A stretch of DNA of 25,031 nucleotides from an uncultured bacterium (GCA_903938205.1 CAJACJ010000518.1:1-25031), one strand, 5' to 3'; shown: positions 1-9,621, counted from the stretch's first letter. A program made the numbers and translations. Notes: generated from the letters alone by a model not told the origin.

Positions 1-91
1 CAAGCGCTTTCAAATGCGCAAATGCGGTATCCGTGTCCCACGCTTTCGGGGCGTCAAGGCCGTGCAATTGTGCTTTGGAAGAAGTGGTCAT
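1..91 (-). CDS. cysD: N-terminal fragment of a probable sulfate adenylyltransferase subunit 2 (runs off the left edge)
   Basis: Hand translation from ATG at 91 gives MTTSSKAQLHGLDAPKAWDTDTAFAHLKAL plus one G base. HLKAL(E) resembles the conserved CysD start HL(K/R)xLEAESI. The gene is divergent from cysQ. Only 30 codons are visible. Confidence 0.5.
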   Translation of the reverse strand, partial: MTTSSKAQLHGLDAPKAWDTDTAFAHLKAL

Positions 92-206
92 GGATCATGC
101 ATGGGTGAGCGGGGCGCCCGTGTCGCAATATGCTATTTGTACATAAATATCTTCTAAATATCTATCTAAGTTTACTTTTTACTATTAAATATGATAAATT
201 GCAGTT

Positions 207-1061
207 ATGCGACAAGCTGCTTTGGACATCAAATTGGCTTCTGCCGCGTGCGATATAGCCAAAAACGCTGGCAAAGCCATCTTGGAGGTGTATGCCCACG
301 CCGACACCATTGCGGGCAAGAATATTGCGCACAAGGCGGATTCCAGCCCATTGACCGAGGCTGATTTGCGAGCGCATCACGTGATTGCGGGGGCGTTGCA
401 ATTGCTTACTCCTCACATTCCCATTGTTTCGGAGGAGGACGAGGCATCCCACGCTCATCGAAACGCGGGCGGGGAATTTTGGATTATTGATCCGCTTGAT
501 GGCACAAAGGAGTTCATCGCTCGCAATGGACAATTCACCGTGAACATTGCGTTGGTGCGCCAAGGCGCGCCGGTTCTTGGCGTGGTGTACGCGCCAGTAC
601 TTGACGAATTATTTTGGAGCGAGCCAGATTTGAACTCCAGCGCGGAAAGCGGCGCCAGCGTAAACATGCGCGCGCTGTCGCACATTGAAAATCAAACACA
701 TGTCATTCGGGTTTCAACACCCCAGCAGCAATTAGGAAAGCCAGTGCGCGTGTTGGCCAGTCGCAACCACATGAATGAACAAACACAGGAATGTATTCGC
801 GCGTTGGGCGCGCATGAACTTGTGCAAGCTGGCAGCTCACTTAAATTTTGCCGCATTGCCCAAGGTCTGGCAGATTGCTATCCGCGCCTTGGACCAACAT
901 GCGAGTGGGACACCGCCGCCGCGCAGGCCGTGCTTGAAGCCGCCGGCGGATTTGTTCGCACGCTGAACGGCGAGCGCTTGCTGTATGGAAAATCCCAAGT
1001 GCTCAACCCAAGTTTTGTTGCCAGTGCATGGCCCATTGGCTTGCCAGGTATGGCCACATGA
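207..1061 (+). CDS. cysQ: 3'(2'),5'-bisphosphate nucleotidase (PAP phosphatase, inositol monophosphatase family)
   Basis: Motifs KADSSPLTEAD, SEE, WIIDPLDGTKEFI, FTVNIAL, GSSLKFC, YPRLGPTCEWDTAAAQAVLEAAGG. Confidence 0.93.
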   Translation: MRQAALDIKLASAACDIAKNAGKAILEVYAHADTIAGKNIAHKADSSPLTEADLRAHHVIAGALQLLTPHIPIVSEEDEASHAHRNAGGEFWIIDPLDGTKEFIARNGQFTVNIALVRQGAPVLGVVYAPVLDELFWSEPDLNSSAESGASVNMRALSHIENQTHVIRVSTPQQQLGKPVRVLASRNHMNEQTQECIRALGAHELVQAGSSLKFCRIAQGLADCYPRLGPTCEWDTAAAQAVLEAAGGFVRTLNGERLLYGKSQVLNPSFVASAWPIGLPGMAT

Positions 1062-1837
1062 TTGACGCCCCGTTCGCTTTCGCCGGAGCTTTCACGGGAT
1101 TTGTTGTTGGCTTAACGGGAGTAGGCGGCGGTGCGCTCATGACGCCGATTTTATTGTTGTTGTTCGGCATCGCTCCACAAACTGCAATCGCAACCGACCT
1201 TTGGTTTGCGGCCATCACCAAAATAGCCGCCATGCAAGTGCACAAGCGCGGCGCGGGCGTTGATTGGCAAGTGGTGCGAAGACTGTGGATGGGTAGCTTG
1301 CCCGTGGCAATAGTCGTTGTGGCTCTGGTTGCGTTTGGAACCAGTGTGGGCAACATGCAGTGGCTCACCAAATCCGTTGGCGTGGTTGTGCTCATCACCG
1401 TGTTTGGTTTATTGCTCTCACCAAAGTTGCGCTCGCTTGCGCGTGATCGCCGCGTCACGCAACCCGAGCACTTTAAAAAATTTCAACCCGCGTGGACCAT
1501 TGCCGCGGGCGCGCTGCTGGGTTTACTTGTCGCGCTAACTTCCGTTGGCGCGGGCGCGCTTGGCACCGTGCTTCTGCTTGTGTTGTATCCGCTGCGCATG
1601 ACCACGCATAAATTGGTGGCCACCGATATCGCGCACGCCATTCCACTGGCGCTGATTGCGGGCACGGGTTATTTATTGGCTGGCATGGTGGACAGTCGCA
1701 TGCTGATCAGCATGCTGTGCGGATCCATTCCCGCAACGATTGTTGCAAGTCTTTTGGCCCGCCGATTCTCATCACGGTGGTTGCAAGTGTCACTGGCATT
1801 TGTATTGCTGGCCGTTGGCATTAAAACGCTTTTGTGA
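1058..1837 (+). CDS. TauE/SafE-family (sulfite exporter-like) membrane protein
   Basis: GLTGVGGGALMTP, AIATDL, LTSVGAG, KLVATDIAHAIPL and about 8 hydrophobic segments. Start placed at ATG 1058 because it forms an ATGA overlap with the cysQ stop. Confidence 0.9.
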   Translation: MIDAPFAFAGAFTGFVVGLTGVGGGALMTPILLLLFGIAPQTAIATDLWFAAITKIAAMQVHKRGAGVDWQVVRRLWMGSLPVAIVVVALVAFGTSVGNMQWLTKSVGVVVLITVFGLLLSPKLRSLARDRRVTQPEHFKKFQPAWTIAAGALLGLLVALTSVGAGALGTVLLLVLYPLRMTTHKLVATDIAHAIPLALIAGTGYLLAGMVDSRMLISMLCGSIPATIVASLLARRFSSRWLQVSLAFVLLAVGIKTLL

Positions 1838-1963
1838 TCTGGCAAGACGCGTCAGCATTGTTGTATAGGTTTAGTAGCGGATTTAGAGCTAAAAATGCCC
1901 TATTTTACAAACAAAGTCTTATAACAACAAAAGTTGCTCGCCTTGACTATGACTAAATATATC

Positions 1964-1989
1964 TGCAAATTCCCGAACTAAAATTTGCA
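1964..1989. promoter_or_regulatory. Perfect inverted repeat TGCAAATT-N10-AATTTGCA upstream of the PEP-CTERM gene; possible regulator site
   Basis: Read directly at 1964-1971 and 1982-1989, about 80 nt before the ATG. The cognate regulator is unknown. Confidence 0.25.
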
Positions 1990-2071
1990 CGTACTCGGTT
2001 TTGGGGCATCCTCTACTTATCTTTCTTTCCTTACTTCGCTCTGAATCCCTTTTCCTTCAGGAGTTTGAAAA

Positions 2072-2800
2072 ATGAATTTACGTACAGCATCTTGTGTTGC
2101 AGCTGTTGCAGCCATTACATCTGTTCTTCAAGTCAACGCCAACCCTGGCGTGATTTATAATGACGCCATTGGCGACATTGATCCCGGCATTACAACAGGC
2201 GGCGGAACGCTTGACCTTGTATCCATGGAAGTTTCGCACACCGCGACTGACATTCAGTTTAAGTTGACCGTGAACGGCAACATCGGCACCACCGATTGGG
2301 GCAAGTTCATGGTTGGTATTGCCAACAATAAAGGCTATGGCACCAGCAGCAGCGATGGTTGGGCTCGTCCAATCACCATGAGTGCAAATGGTGGCATGAC
2401 CAATTGGTTTGGTTCATGGGTTGATAGCGGCGGCGGCGCTGAAAATCGCAGCAATCAAACATCTTGGGGCGTAACCGGCGCAACCTACAACGGCAACTTT
2501 GGCAACTTCGCCTTTGCGGCTGGTGCGCAAAGCACCATCACCTATGGCGTCTCAATCGCCAGCATTGGCATGTCGATCGGCGACACCTTCAGCTTTGACG
2601 CCTACAGCTCTGGCGGCGGCAGCGGTGACAGCGCCATTGACGCGCTTGCAAACCCAAATGTTGCTATTACAAGTTGGGGTCAAGCCTATGACTCCGGCAC
2701 TTCGACTAGTTTGTCTTACACACTCACAGCGATTCCTGCTCCAGGCGCAATTGCGCTTGTTGGGTTGGCTGGTTTAGTGGCTCGTCGACGCAAGGCTTAA
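2072..2800 (+). CDS. PEP-CTERM (PAPG variant) sorting-signal surface protein
   Basis: Signal peptide (..VLQVNA), Gly/Ser/Thr-rich beta-type body, C-terminal IPAPGAIALVGLAGLVARRRKA (motif, TM helix, basic tail). AGGAG RBS upstream. Confidence 0.9.
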   Translation: MNLRTASCVAAVAAITSVLQVNANPGVIYNDAIGDIDPGITTGGGTLDLVSMEVSHTATDIQFKLTVNGNIGTTDWGKFMVGIANNKGYGTSSSDGWARPITMSANGGMTNWFGSWVDSGGGAENRSNQTSWGVTGATYNGNFGNFAFAAGAQSTITYGVSIASIGMSIGDTFSFDAYSSGGGSGDSAIDALANPNVAITSWGQAYDSGTSTSLSYTLTAIPAPGAIALVGLAGLVARRRKA

Positions 2801-2832
2801 TTCATTTCGGTTATCACTTTCATGTGACTTCA

Positions 2833-2872
2833 AACCCCGGTGCGAGCAACCCTCGCATCGGGGTTATTCTTT
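2833..2872 (+). terminator. Rho-independent terminator of the PEP-CTERM gene
   Basis: 14-bp stem AACCCCGGTGCGAG / CTCGCATCGGGGTT with one G-U pair, 5-nt loop, followed by ATTCTTT. Confidence 0.8.
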
Positions 2873-2887
2873 GGCGACTTGTTTCCC

Positions 2888-4720
2888 ATGAATATTCTTG
2901 GCCTATCAGCATTCTTTCATGACAGCGCCGCCGCCTTGGTGCGTGATGGAGAAATTGTGGCGGCCGCGCAAGAGGAGCGCTTCAGTCGCCGCAAACATGA
3001 CGAGCGATTTCCAACGCACGCCGCGCGCTATTGCCTAAGCGAAGCCGGCATTGACGCCAGCCAACTTGACGCGGTGGTGTTCTATGAAAAGCCGCTGCTG
3101 AAATTTGAGCGCATCTTGGAGACATCACTGGCGTTCGCGCCGCGCGGGTTTGGTTCTTTTCTGCGCAGCATGCCACAGTGGCTGCAAAAAAAACTTCATC
3201 TTCCGCGGGAAATCGACGCGGGTTTGGGCGGCAACTACACCGGTCCCATTGTGTTCACCACGCACCATGAGTCGCATGCCGCAAGCGCGTTCTATCCAAG
3301 TCCATTTTCAAGCGCCGCCATTCTCACGCTGGATGGCGTTGGTGAATGGACCACGGCAAGTTGGGGCGTGGGCAACGGCAACACCATCACTCTGCACGAG
3401 GAGTTGCGATTTCCACACTCGCTTGGTTTGCTCTACAGCGCGTTCACTTTTTATTGCGGCTTTCGCGTGAATAGTGGTGAATACAAATTAATGGGACTGG
3501 CGCCGTTTGGTCAGCCGCGATACGCCAATGTAATTCTTGAAAAAATAATGCGCTTGAATGATGACGGTTCATTCTGGCTTGATCAACGCTATTTTAATTA
3601 CTGCGCCGGCTTGACCATGACTAGCCGCGCCTTTCATAATTTGTTTGGCGGTCCGCCGCGCAATCCTGAAAGCCGTCTTACGCAGCGCGACATGGATTTG
3701 GCGGCCAGTATTCAGGCTGTCACCGAGGAAATTGTGCTGCGTATGGCAAGATATGTGCATGCAAAAACAGGCCAGCGCAATTTGTGTTTGGCCGGTGGCG
3801 TGGCGCTGAATTGCGTGGCCAACGGGCGCGTGCTTCGCGAGGGACCATTTGAAAAGTTGTGGATTCAGCCGGCGGCGGGTGATTCTGGCGGGGCGTTGGG
3901 CGCGGCACTTTTGCATTGGCACAGCGATCAACCTGGACATTTGGGCAACGCGCGTCACGCGCAACCCACGGACTCGCAGCGCGGCTCCTATTTGGGGCCA
4001 GCGCACAGCGACGCCAACATTTGTGGCGCGCTTGATGCGCTTGGCGCCGTGTATGAAAAACTTCATGAGGATGAGTTGGTTCAAGCCATCGCGGCGGATC
4101 TTGCGGATGGAAAAATAGTGGGGCACTTTTTTGGTCGCGCTGAATATGGTCCGCGTGCGCTTGGGCATCGCTCCATTCTGGGTGATCCGCGCGACGCCAC
4201 AATGCAGCGGCGCATGAATGTGGCGATTAAGTTTCGTGAATCGTTTCGGCCATTCGCGCCCGCGGTGTTGGCGGAAAAACAAAGCGAGTGGTTTGATTTG
4301 CAAACCGACAGTCCATACATGTTGTTGGTCGCGCCCGTGGCCAAGCAACACGTGCTTGCGCCCGAGCCCAACGCGCCAAAGGTTGCTGGCATTGATTCGC
4401 TCAAGCAAATTCGTAGTGATGTTCCGGCCATTACCCACGTGGATTTTTCGGCGCGCGTGCAAACCGTGCACGCCCACACATCACCGCGATTTCACGCCAT
4501 TTTGCAGGCATTTGAGCGGCGCACGGGTTGTCCGGTGTTGGTGAACACCAGTTTCAATATTCGCGGCGAACCCATTGTGCACGATCCTGGCGACGCCTAT
4601 CGCTGTTTCATGTTCACCGACATGGATGTGTTGGTGGTGGGCAACCAACTCTTGCGCAAACAAGCGCAACCTTCCATGCCAGGCGCAGAGGCATACAAGC
4701 GATCTTTCAAACTAGATTGA
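2888..4720 (+). CDS. O-carbamoyltransferase, NodU/CmcH/TobZ family (SxtI-like)
   Basis: FHDSAAAL, AAQEERFSRRKHD, HHESHAASAF, TLDGVGEW, GEYKLMGLAP, LAGGVALNCVAN, EYGPRALGHRSIL, FRESFRPFAP, NTSFNIRGEPIV. Start placed at ATG 2888 because the longer GTG start lies inside the terminator. Confidence 0.93.
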   Translation: MNILGLSAFFHDSAAALVRDGEIVAAAQEERFSRRKHDERFPTHAARYCLSEAGIDASQLDAVVFYEKPLLKFERILETSLAFAPRGFGSFLRSMPQWLQKKLHLPREIDAGLGGNYTGPIVFTTHHESHAASAFYPSPFSSAAILTLDGVGEWTTASWGVGNGNTITLHEELRFPHSLGLLYSAFTFYCGFRVNSGEYKLMGLAPFGQPRYANVILEKIMRLNDDGSFWLDQRYFNYCAGLTMTSRAFHNLFGGPPRNPESRLTQRDMDLAASIQAVTEEIVLRMARYVHAKTGQRNLCLAGGVALNCVANGRVLREGPFEKLWIQPAAGDSGGALGAALLHWHSDQPGHLGNARHAQPTDSQRGSYLGPAHSDANICGALDALGAVYEKLHEDELVQAIAADLADGKIVGHFFGRAEYGPRALGHRSILGDPRDATMQRRMNVAIKFRESFRPFAPAVLAEKQSEWFDLQTDSPYMLLVAPVAKQHVLAPEPNAPKVAGIDSLKQIRSDVPAITHVDFSARVQTVHAHTSPRFHAILQAFERRTGCPVLVNTSFNIRGEPIVHDPGDAYRCFMFTDMDVLVVGNQLLRKQAQPSMPGAEAYKRSFKLD

Positions 4721-4778
4721 TGCATGAACACATGTATGCTTGACCTACTCACGCAACACTTGATGCAGGAACTCACCC

Positions 4779-4934
4779 ATGCGACGACGATCATTTCTTT
4801 CTGAACTCTTCAGCTTCGTGATTTCTCACAAGACCTACTTGTTAATTCCAATTATTGTGGTTCTGCTTTTGGTGGGCGCGTTGATTATTTTGGGCGGAAC
4901 AAAAGCCGCGCCATTTATTTACACGTTGTTTTAA
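4779..4934 (+). CDS. 51-aa DUF5989/SxtK-like small membrane protein (not in ORF track)
   Basis: Hand translation: MRRRSFLSELFSFVISHKTYLLIPIIVVLLLVGALIILGGTKAAPFIYTLF. The APFIYTLF ending is typical of the family, an AGGA RBS is present, and the position after the carbamoyltransferase is as expected. Confidence 0.85.
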   Translation: MRRRSFLSELFSFVISHKTYLLIPIIVVLLLVGALIILGGTKAAPFIYTLF

Positions 4935-5045
4935 GTGTCGTGGTTGGAAGAATTGTTTTGAATGATTGCGGTTAGAAATGTCGCCGTTGAAAATGTCGCT
5001 GGCTATGGCTCAACAACTACTCGTGGAGCGCGCAACTTGATTATT

Positions 5046-5453
5046 GTGAATTGGAAACCCAACTCAAACGAACTTCGCCGCTGGGCCGTTATGACCAGCG
5101 TTGCGTTGGCTTGCGTTGGCTCGTTATTTTATTTTGTGAATTGGGGAGTGTTCGCCAAAGCACATGGTTTAGCGCCTATTTTGTGGGGCTTTGGCGCCTT
5201 CGCGTTGTTGACCGCGGGCACGGGCACTCGCATTGGTCTGCCCGCCTATTGGATGTGGATGACATTTGTGTGGATCATGGGCACGCTGATTGGCACGATA
5301 GCTTTGGCGATTGTTTTTTTTCTGGTGGTCACGCCGCTGGGCCTTCTAGCGCGCGTCATGGGCCGCGATAAGTTGCTTGTTCGCAACAGCGCCGCGTCAT
5401 CTATGTGGAAGCCATTGCCAAGCAAGCCGCACGATCCCTTGCGCCAGTTTTAA
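5046..5453 (+). CDS. SxtJ-family membrane protein
   Basis: Three hydrophobic segments, FFLVVTPLGLLARVMGRDKL and C-terminal PLRQF. The frame is open from 4962; GTG 5046 (MNWKPNSNELRRW) fits the family N-terminus better, so the start is uncertain. Confidence 0.75.
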   Translation: MNWKPNSNELRRWAVMTSVALACVGSLFYFVNWGVFAKAHGLAPILWGFGAFALLTAGTGTRIGLPAYWMWMTFVWIMGTLIGTIALAIVFFLVVTPLGLLARVMGRDKLLVRNSAASSMWKPLPSKPHDPLRQF

Positions 5454-5493
5454 TTTCGTTGGAGTATGTCTATTCATTACTAGCACGCCAATC

Positions 5494-7772
5494 ATGACGC
5501 CAACCACAACATCAACTACAACGCCAACAATTACTCCCGCTAGGCGCCGAGTATTTATTCTGATCACCATCGCGCTTCCATTTATTGCGCTGGCGGTGGT
5601 GGAAATTGCGCTGCGACTCTTTGGCTTTGGCGGCTATCCACCATTTATTCGCTCGGTGGGCACGCTGCCCCAGGGCGAGCAATTGTGCATTGTTGAACCC
5701 GCGGCCAGCAAGCCTTATTTCTTTGCCAATCCAACGCGGCCTGGCTACGCGGAGCAAAGCAGTTTTATAATGCCCAAGCCTAAGGACACGCTGCGCATTT
5801 TTCTAATTGGCGAAAGTGCGGCCAAGGGATATCCGCAGCCGCGCAATTTGGCCATGAGTGAATTTCTGCAGACCATGCTGGGTGATGTTCTGCCGCAGAA
5901 ACGCGTGGAGGTGATCAACCTTGGCACAACGGCCGTGGCCAGCTTTCCATTGGTGTATCAAGTGCAAGACGCGCTGCGCTATCAGCCGGATTGGTTTGTG
6001 TTTTATGTTGGCAACAATGAATTTTTTGGCGCCTATGGAACGGCATCTATTAATGCCGCGGGAACAATGCCGCTGTGGGCGTTGAAACTTATGCGTGCGG
6101 CGCGCGGCTTGGCATTGGTGCAGACCGTAGAGAGTGTTGTGCGTGCGGGCGCTGACGAAAACAGAACGTTGATGGAGCAAATGATCGGACAAACTTTTAT
6201 CGCGTGTGACTCGCCGTTGCGTGAGGCCGCCGCCCGAAACTTGCAGGCGAATTTAGGCGACATGTTGGACCAGGTGAAGGCGGCGGGCGTGGCGGCTTTG
6301 GTGTGCACCACCGCAAGTAACGAATCTGGTTTAGCGCCGCTGGGTCAAGACGATGTGTCCAATCTTTCCGGCGCGGCGCAACAAGCATTCAATGAACTGC
6401 TTCGGCAGGCTGCTGCATGTTCAAGCGCGCAATCGGCGCAAGCAGTGGAATTGCTTGGCAAAGCCGCGCTTCTTGCGCCACGCAGCGCGTTGACGCAATT
6501 CATGTTGGCCAACGCGCAAGCCAACGCCGTGATCTTGTGGCGGCGCGCAAGGCATTTTTGTTGGCGCGTGATTTGGACACCATGCCGTGGCGGCCCATCT
6601 CCGTAACGGAGCAGGCCATCCGTGACACGGCCGCGGCGCGCCGCGTGTTGCTGTGTGATATTGCGTTTAAGTTTCGCAACATGAGCGCGCGTGGCGCAAC
6701 AGATTGGGAATTACTTGATGACCACGTACATCCATCGTTGCAGGGACAAGTACAAGCCGCGCGCGCCATGGCGCAAGATGTTGCGCTGGCTATCGCCCAC
6801 ACGAATGGGTTGGCAAATACAGCAGCAAACGCAACTACAAACGTAACGGCAAACACAACTACAAACACAACTACAAACGCAACTACAAACGCAACAGCAT
6901 CCACGCCAATCCCTGCGCAGTCTGGTGCCTCCATCACATCGCTGAATGATCCTTCCAATTGGAACACATATGCGCAGCGCCTTGGCAGCAATCCATTTGA
7001 CACCTACCGCGTCAATCACACGCTGCGCACGTTGTTTGGCATTGGCTTTATGAAAAATAATAATAAGCAAGCCTTTGATCGATATGAAAGCGCGTGCAAA
7101 AATTTCGAATCCACATTGTCGCCCAGCATGCTGGAAGCGGCGCGCGAATGGCAAACCAGCAAGCCCCATGCGGGCGGAATGCGGCCATTGACTGGTATGG
7201 AAGCGCGCGTGTTGTTACGCGAGAATAAAACTGAGCAGGCGCTTGCGCTCTATCAAATTGCGCAGACGCAAGTTCCCAATTACACATCGTGGAAGTTGGA
7301 ATACATTTATTTCACCTTGGCGTGTCAGGAACGTTTGGCGCAGCAGCAATTCAAGGACGCCACCGCGCTTGTAAATGCGCAGGGGGCTTCCGCAGCCGCG
7401 CCTCCAAGCACGCAGACCAATATCAACTCCGCGCCCGTAAACTTTCTTACAGAATCCCAAATGCAGCAAGCCGCTGATGGCATTGCCGAGGGCAACTTTT
7501 TATTGCGCCAAGGTTTTTCCGAATCTGGCTTCACCGAGCGCTATGTTGGACGTCTTCACCAACTTCGCGGGGAGTGGTCGCAGGCCATTTCATATTTACT
7601 TGCGGCTCGCCCGCGCATGGCCGCGGAGGACTTGGTGGCCTGCGATCAAGCGTTATTTATGTCGTATATAAAAACTGGCAACACCTCCGCCGCACGGCAA
7701 CTGGTCAATGAAGGCATAGAAAAAAGCGGTCGATTTGCGCCCGTATATCAACAATTGCGCAGCCAACAATGA
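5494..7772 (+). pseudogene. Membrane-anchored SGNH/GDSL hydrolase with TPR-like C-terminus, split by a 1-nt deletion near 6529 (real pseudogene or sequencing error)
   Basis: The first frame (to 6606) has an N-terminal TM helix and SGNH blocks FLIGESAAKG, NLG and YVGNNEF. The second frame (6417-7772) has DLDTMPWR and catalytic DDHVHP. The join reads AAC GCC GT GAT CTT; adding one G gives NAGDL and a protein of about 759 aa. Confidence 0.8.
6813..6896 (+). repeat. Seven imperfect 12-bp tandem units (consensus about ACAAACRCAACT) encoding an Ala/Thr/Asn linker
   Basis: GCAAATACAGCA GCAAACGCAACT ACAAACGTAACG GCAAACACAACT ACAAACACAACT ACAAACGCAACT ACAAACGCAACA, translating to ANTAANATTNVTANTTTNTTTNATTNAT. 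Confidence 0.85.
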
Positions 7773-7900
7773 ATTCAATGTCAATTCATGCGATTTCATG
7801 ACTGAACATCATGGGTGACGGCGTTTCCAAGGCGAAACTAGTTTTTCAAAATTAAGGAACGCAATCAGGAAGGCGTAAAATTGAGTTGGCAATAATAGAT

Positions 7901-7920
7901 GAATAAAGTATCCTTTATTC
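7901..7920. promoter_or_regulatory. Perfect palindrome GAATAAAG-TATC-CTTTATTC upstream of the porin; candidate operator
   Basis: 8-4-8 inverted repeat ending 48 nt before the ATG, in an AT-rich intergenic region. Confidence 0.4.
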
Positions 7921-7968
7921 TTAATTAATCTATTTTTCAGAAAATTTATTTTTGTAGGAGTCAGAAGA

Positions 7969-9600
7969 ATGTTTCAAATCACATTGTCAGGGTTCCTCTC
8001 GGCCCTTGTAATTTCTGCAGCTCCGTTCGGTGGAGTCGCCCCTGGCTCCATACATGAAGATGCAACGACAGCGGCCTTGCGGGCCGAACTTGATCTTCTG
8101 CACAAATCACTTGAGCAAGTTCAAGTTGAAAACCAAGCGAACAAACAAGCGTTGACAATCAACAATCAAGAACTTTCTGAACTTAAATCACAGAATGGCG
8201 ACAAGTGGCTCACCCAAGAGCGTGCAAATCAAATCCGTGGAGTTGTGCAGGATGTCATGAGCGACGCTCAATCGCGCGCAAGTTTACAGACCACAGGCGC
8301 GACATCTGGTTACGACAATGGATTTTTTATTGCAAGTCCAGATGGCAATTTCAAACTTATGATTGGTGGACAAATGCAAGTGCGTTACGCGCTCAGTCGT
8401 TTAAGCAACAAAAGTTTGAACGATTGGAATGCCCCCAGCACTGGCAAAAATATCCAAATTGAACGCGCCGCGTATGGATTTGAGTTGCGGCGCATGAAGG
8501 TTGAATTTTCCGGACACGTGATTGATCCAAGTTGGACCTTCAAGGTGACCACGGTGTATGTCAATCAGACCGCGACTCAAAATTCGGCAGGTGTTGGTGG
8601 CATTACACCAATCGCAGGGCTTGAGGAAACGTGGATCAACAAGGATCTTGGTGGCGGACTTGGTGTGCGTGTTGGGCAGTTTAAAAGCCCATTTAATCGG
8701 GAAGAATTGGTCACTTCACGTCATCAATTATGTGTTGAACGGTCGCTCGTGAACATGCTGTTCACAACAAAGTTAACCCAGGGAATCATGCTTACGGCCC
8801 GGGGTGAAAATTTTTCTGCTGCATTCTCATTCAATGATGGCGGCAACGACGGCAACACGTCGACTGTTGATGGAAACACAAACATATCGTATGGGTACAC
8901 GCAATATGCAATGACCGGACGCGCTCAATATCTTGCGTTTGGAAATTGGAAACAGTTTGACACGCTCACGAGCGCGCGCGGCGATGCACAAGGCTTGTTA
9001 TTTGGCAGCGCGTTCAATTGGCAACGCGGTGGTGTATCAAATAACACAACGCCAACCAATGGCAACGGGGATGTAGCCATGTTTTCTTGGACCGCCGATG
9101 CAAATTGGATGTTGGGTGGTGCGAATATTTTTGGCGCGATCTACGGCAACACCGCAACCAGCGCAGCAGATGGTGGCGTTCCACTGACCAACGTTGGCAG
9201 TTCCATATTTACGTATGGTTCCACGTTGCAGGCTGGTTACTACGTAAGCGATGATGTTGAAATGTTTGGGCGTTTCGAGTGGTACGACACTTTGAGCAAC
9301 GGTTCAAATGGCCAGGCGTATGTTGCCCCTGGCGCCGTTGTGCCCGCAGTCGGCATTGCTTCTATTCCCTCCAATCCGTTTTTTGCGCAGCACAACACCA
9401 TCTATACGACAGGTTTGAATTGGTATCTCGGTGGAAAATCTCTCAAGGTGACAACTGATTGCGGATATTCGGTGAATGGCGTGATGTTTACAAATGGGTT
9501 CTATGGTCAGCCCATATCAAACGCAAATTATCGCCAAGATTCTGGCGTCAATAACGGTGGGCAGTGGGTTTTTCGCTGTCAGTTGCAGTTGCTTTTTTAA
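7969..9600 (+). CDS. Outer-membrane porin, OprO/OprP (phosphate-selective porin)-like, with periplasmic coiled-coil N-terminus
   Basis: Signal peptide, heptad-like segment, then GYDNGFFIASPDGNFKL, FELRRMKVEFSGH, VGQFKSPFNREEL, ERSLVN, and a terminal beta-signal QLQLLF. AGGAG RBS. Confidence 0.8.
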   Translation: MFQITLSGFLSALVISAAPFGGVAPGSIHEDATTAALRAELDLLHKSLEQVQVENQANKQALTINNQELSELKSQNGDKWLTQERANQIRGVVQDVMSDAQSRASLQTTGATSGYDNGFFIASPDGNFKLMIGGQMQVRYALSRLSNKSLNDWNAPSTGKNIQIERAAYGFELRRMKVEFSGHVIDPSWTFKVTTVYVNQTATQNSAGVGGITPIAGLEETWINKDLGGGLGVRVGQFKSPFNREELVTSRHQLCVERSLVNMLFTTKLTQGIMLTARGENFSAAFSFNDGGNDGNTSTVDGNTNISYGYTQYAMTGRAQYLAFGNWKQFDTLTSARGDAQGLLFGSAFNWQRGGVSNNTTPTNGNGDVAMFSWTADANWMLGGANIFGAIYGNTATSAADGGVPLTNVGSSIFTYGSTLQAGYYVSDDVEMFGRFEWYDTLSNGSNGQAYVAPGAVVPAVGIASIPSNPFFAQHNTIYTTGLNWYLGGKSLKVTTDCGYSVNGVMFTNGFYGQPISNANYRQDSGVNNGGQWVFRCQLQLLF

Positions 9601-9621
9601 GGCATAGAAAGGTGTTTCATT

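Noticed and set aside
2815-2828. TCAC-N6-GTGA palindrome after the PEP-CTERM stop as a CRP site
   Set aside because: The orientation is the reverse of TGTGA-N6-TCACA, the arms are short, and it lies before the terminator.
2888-5453. Saxitoxin biosynthesis (sxtI/J/K-like genes)
   Set aside because: No sxtA, sxtG, sxtB or other core genes are in the window. The trio is widespread outside toxin clusters.
6813-6896. CRISPR array
   Set aside because: The 12-bp units are contiguous, have no spacers, lie in frame in a CDS, and no cas genes are present.
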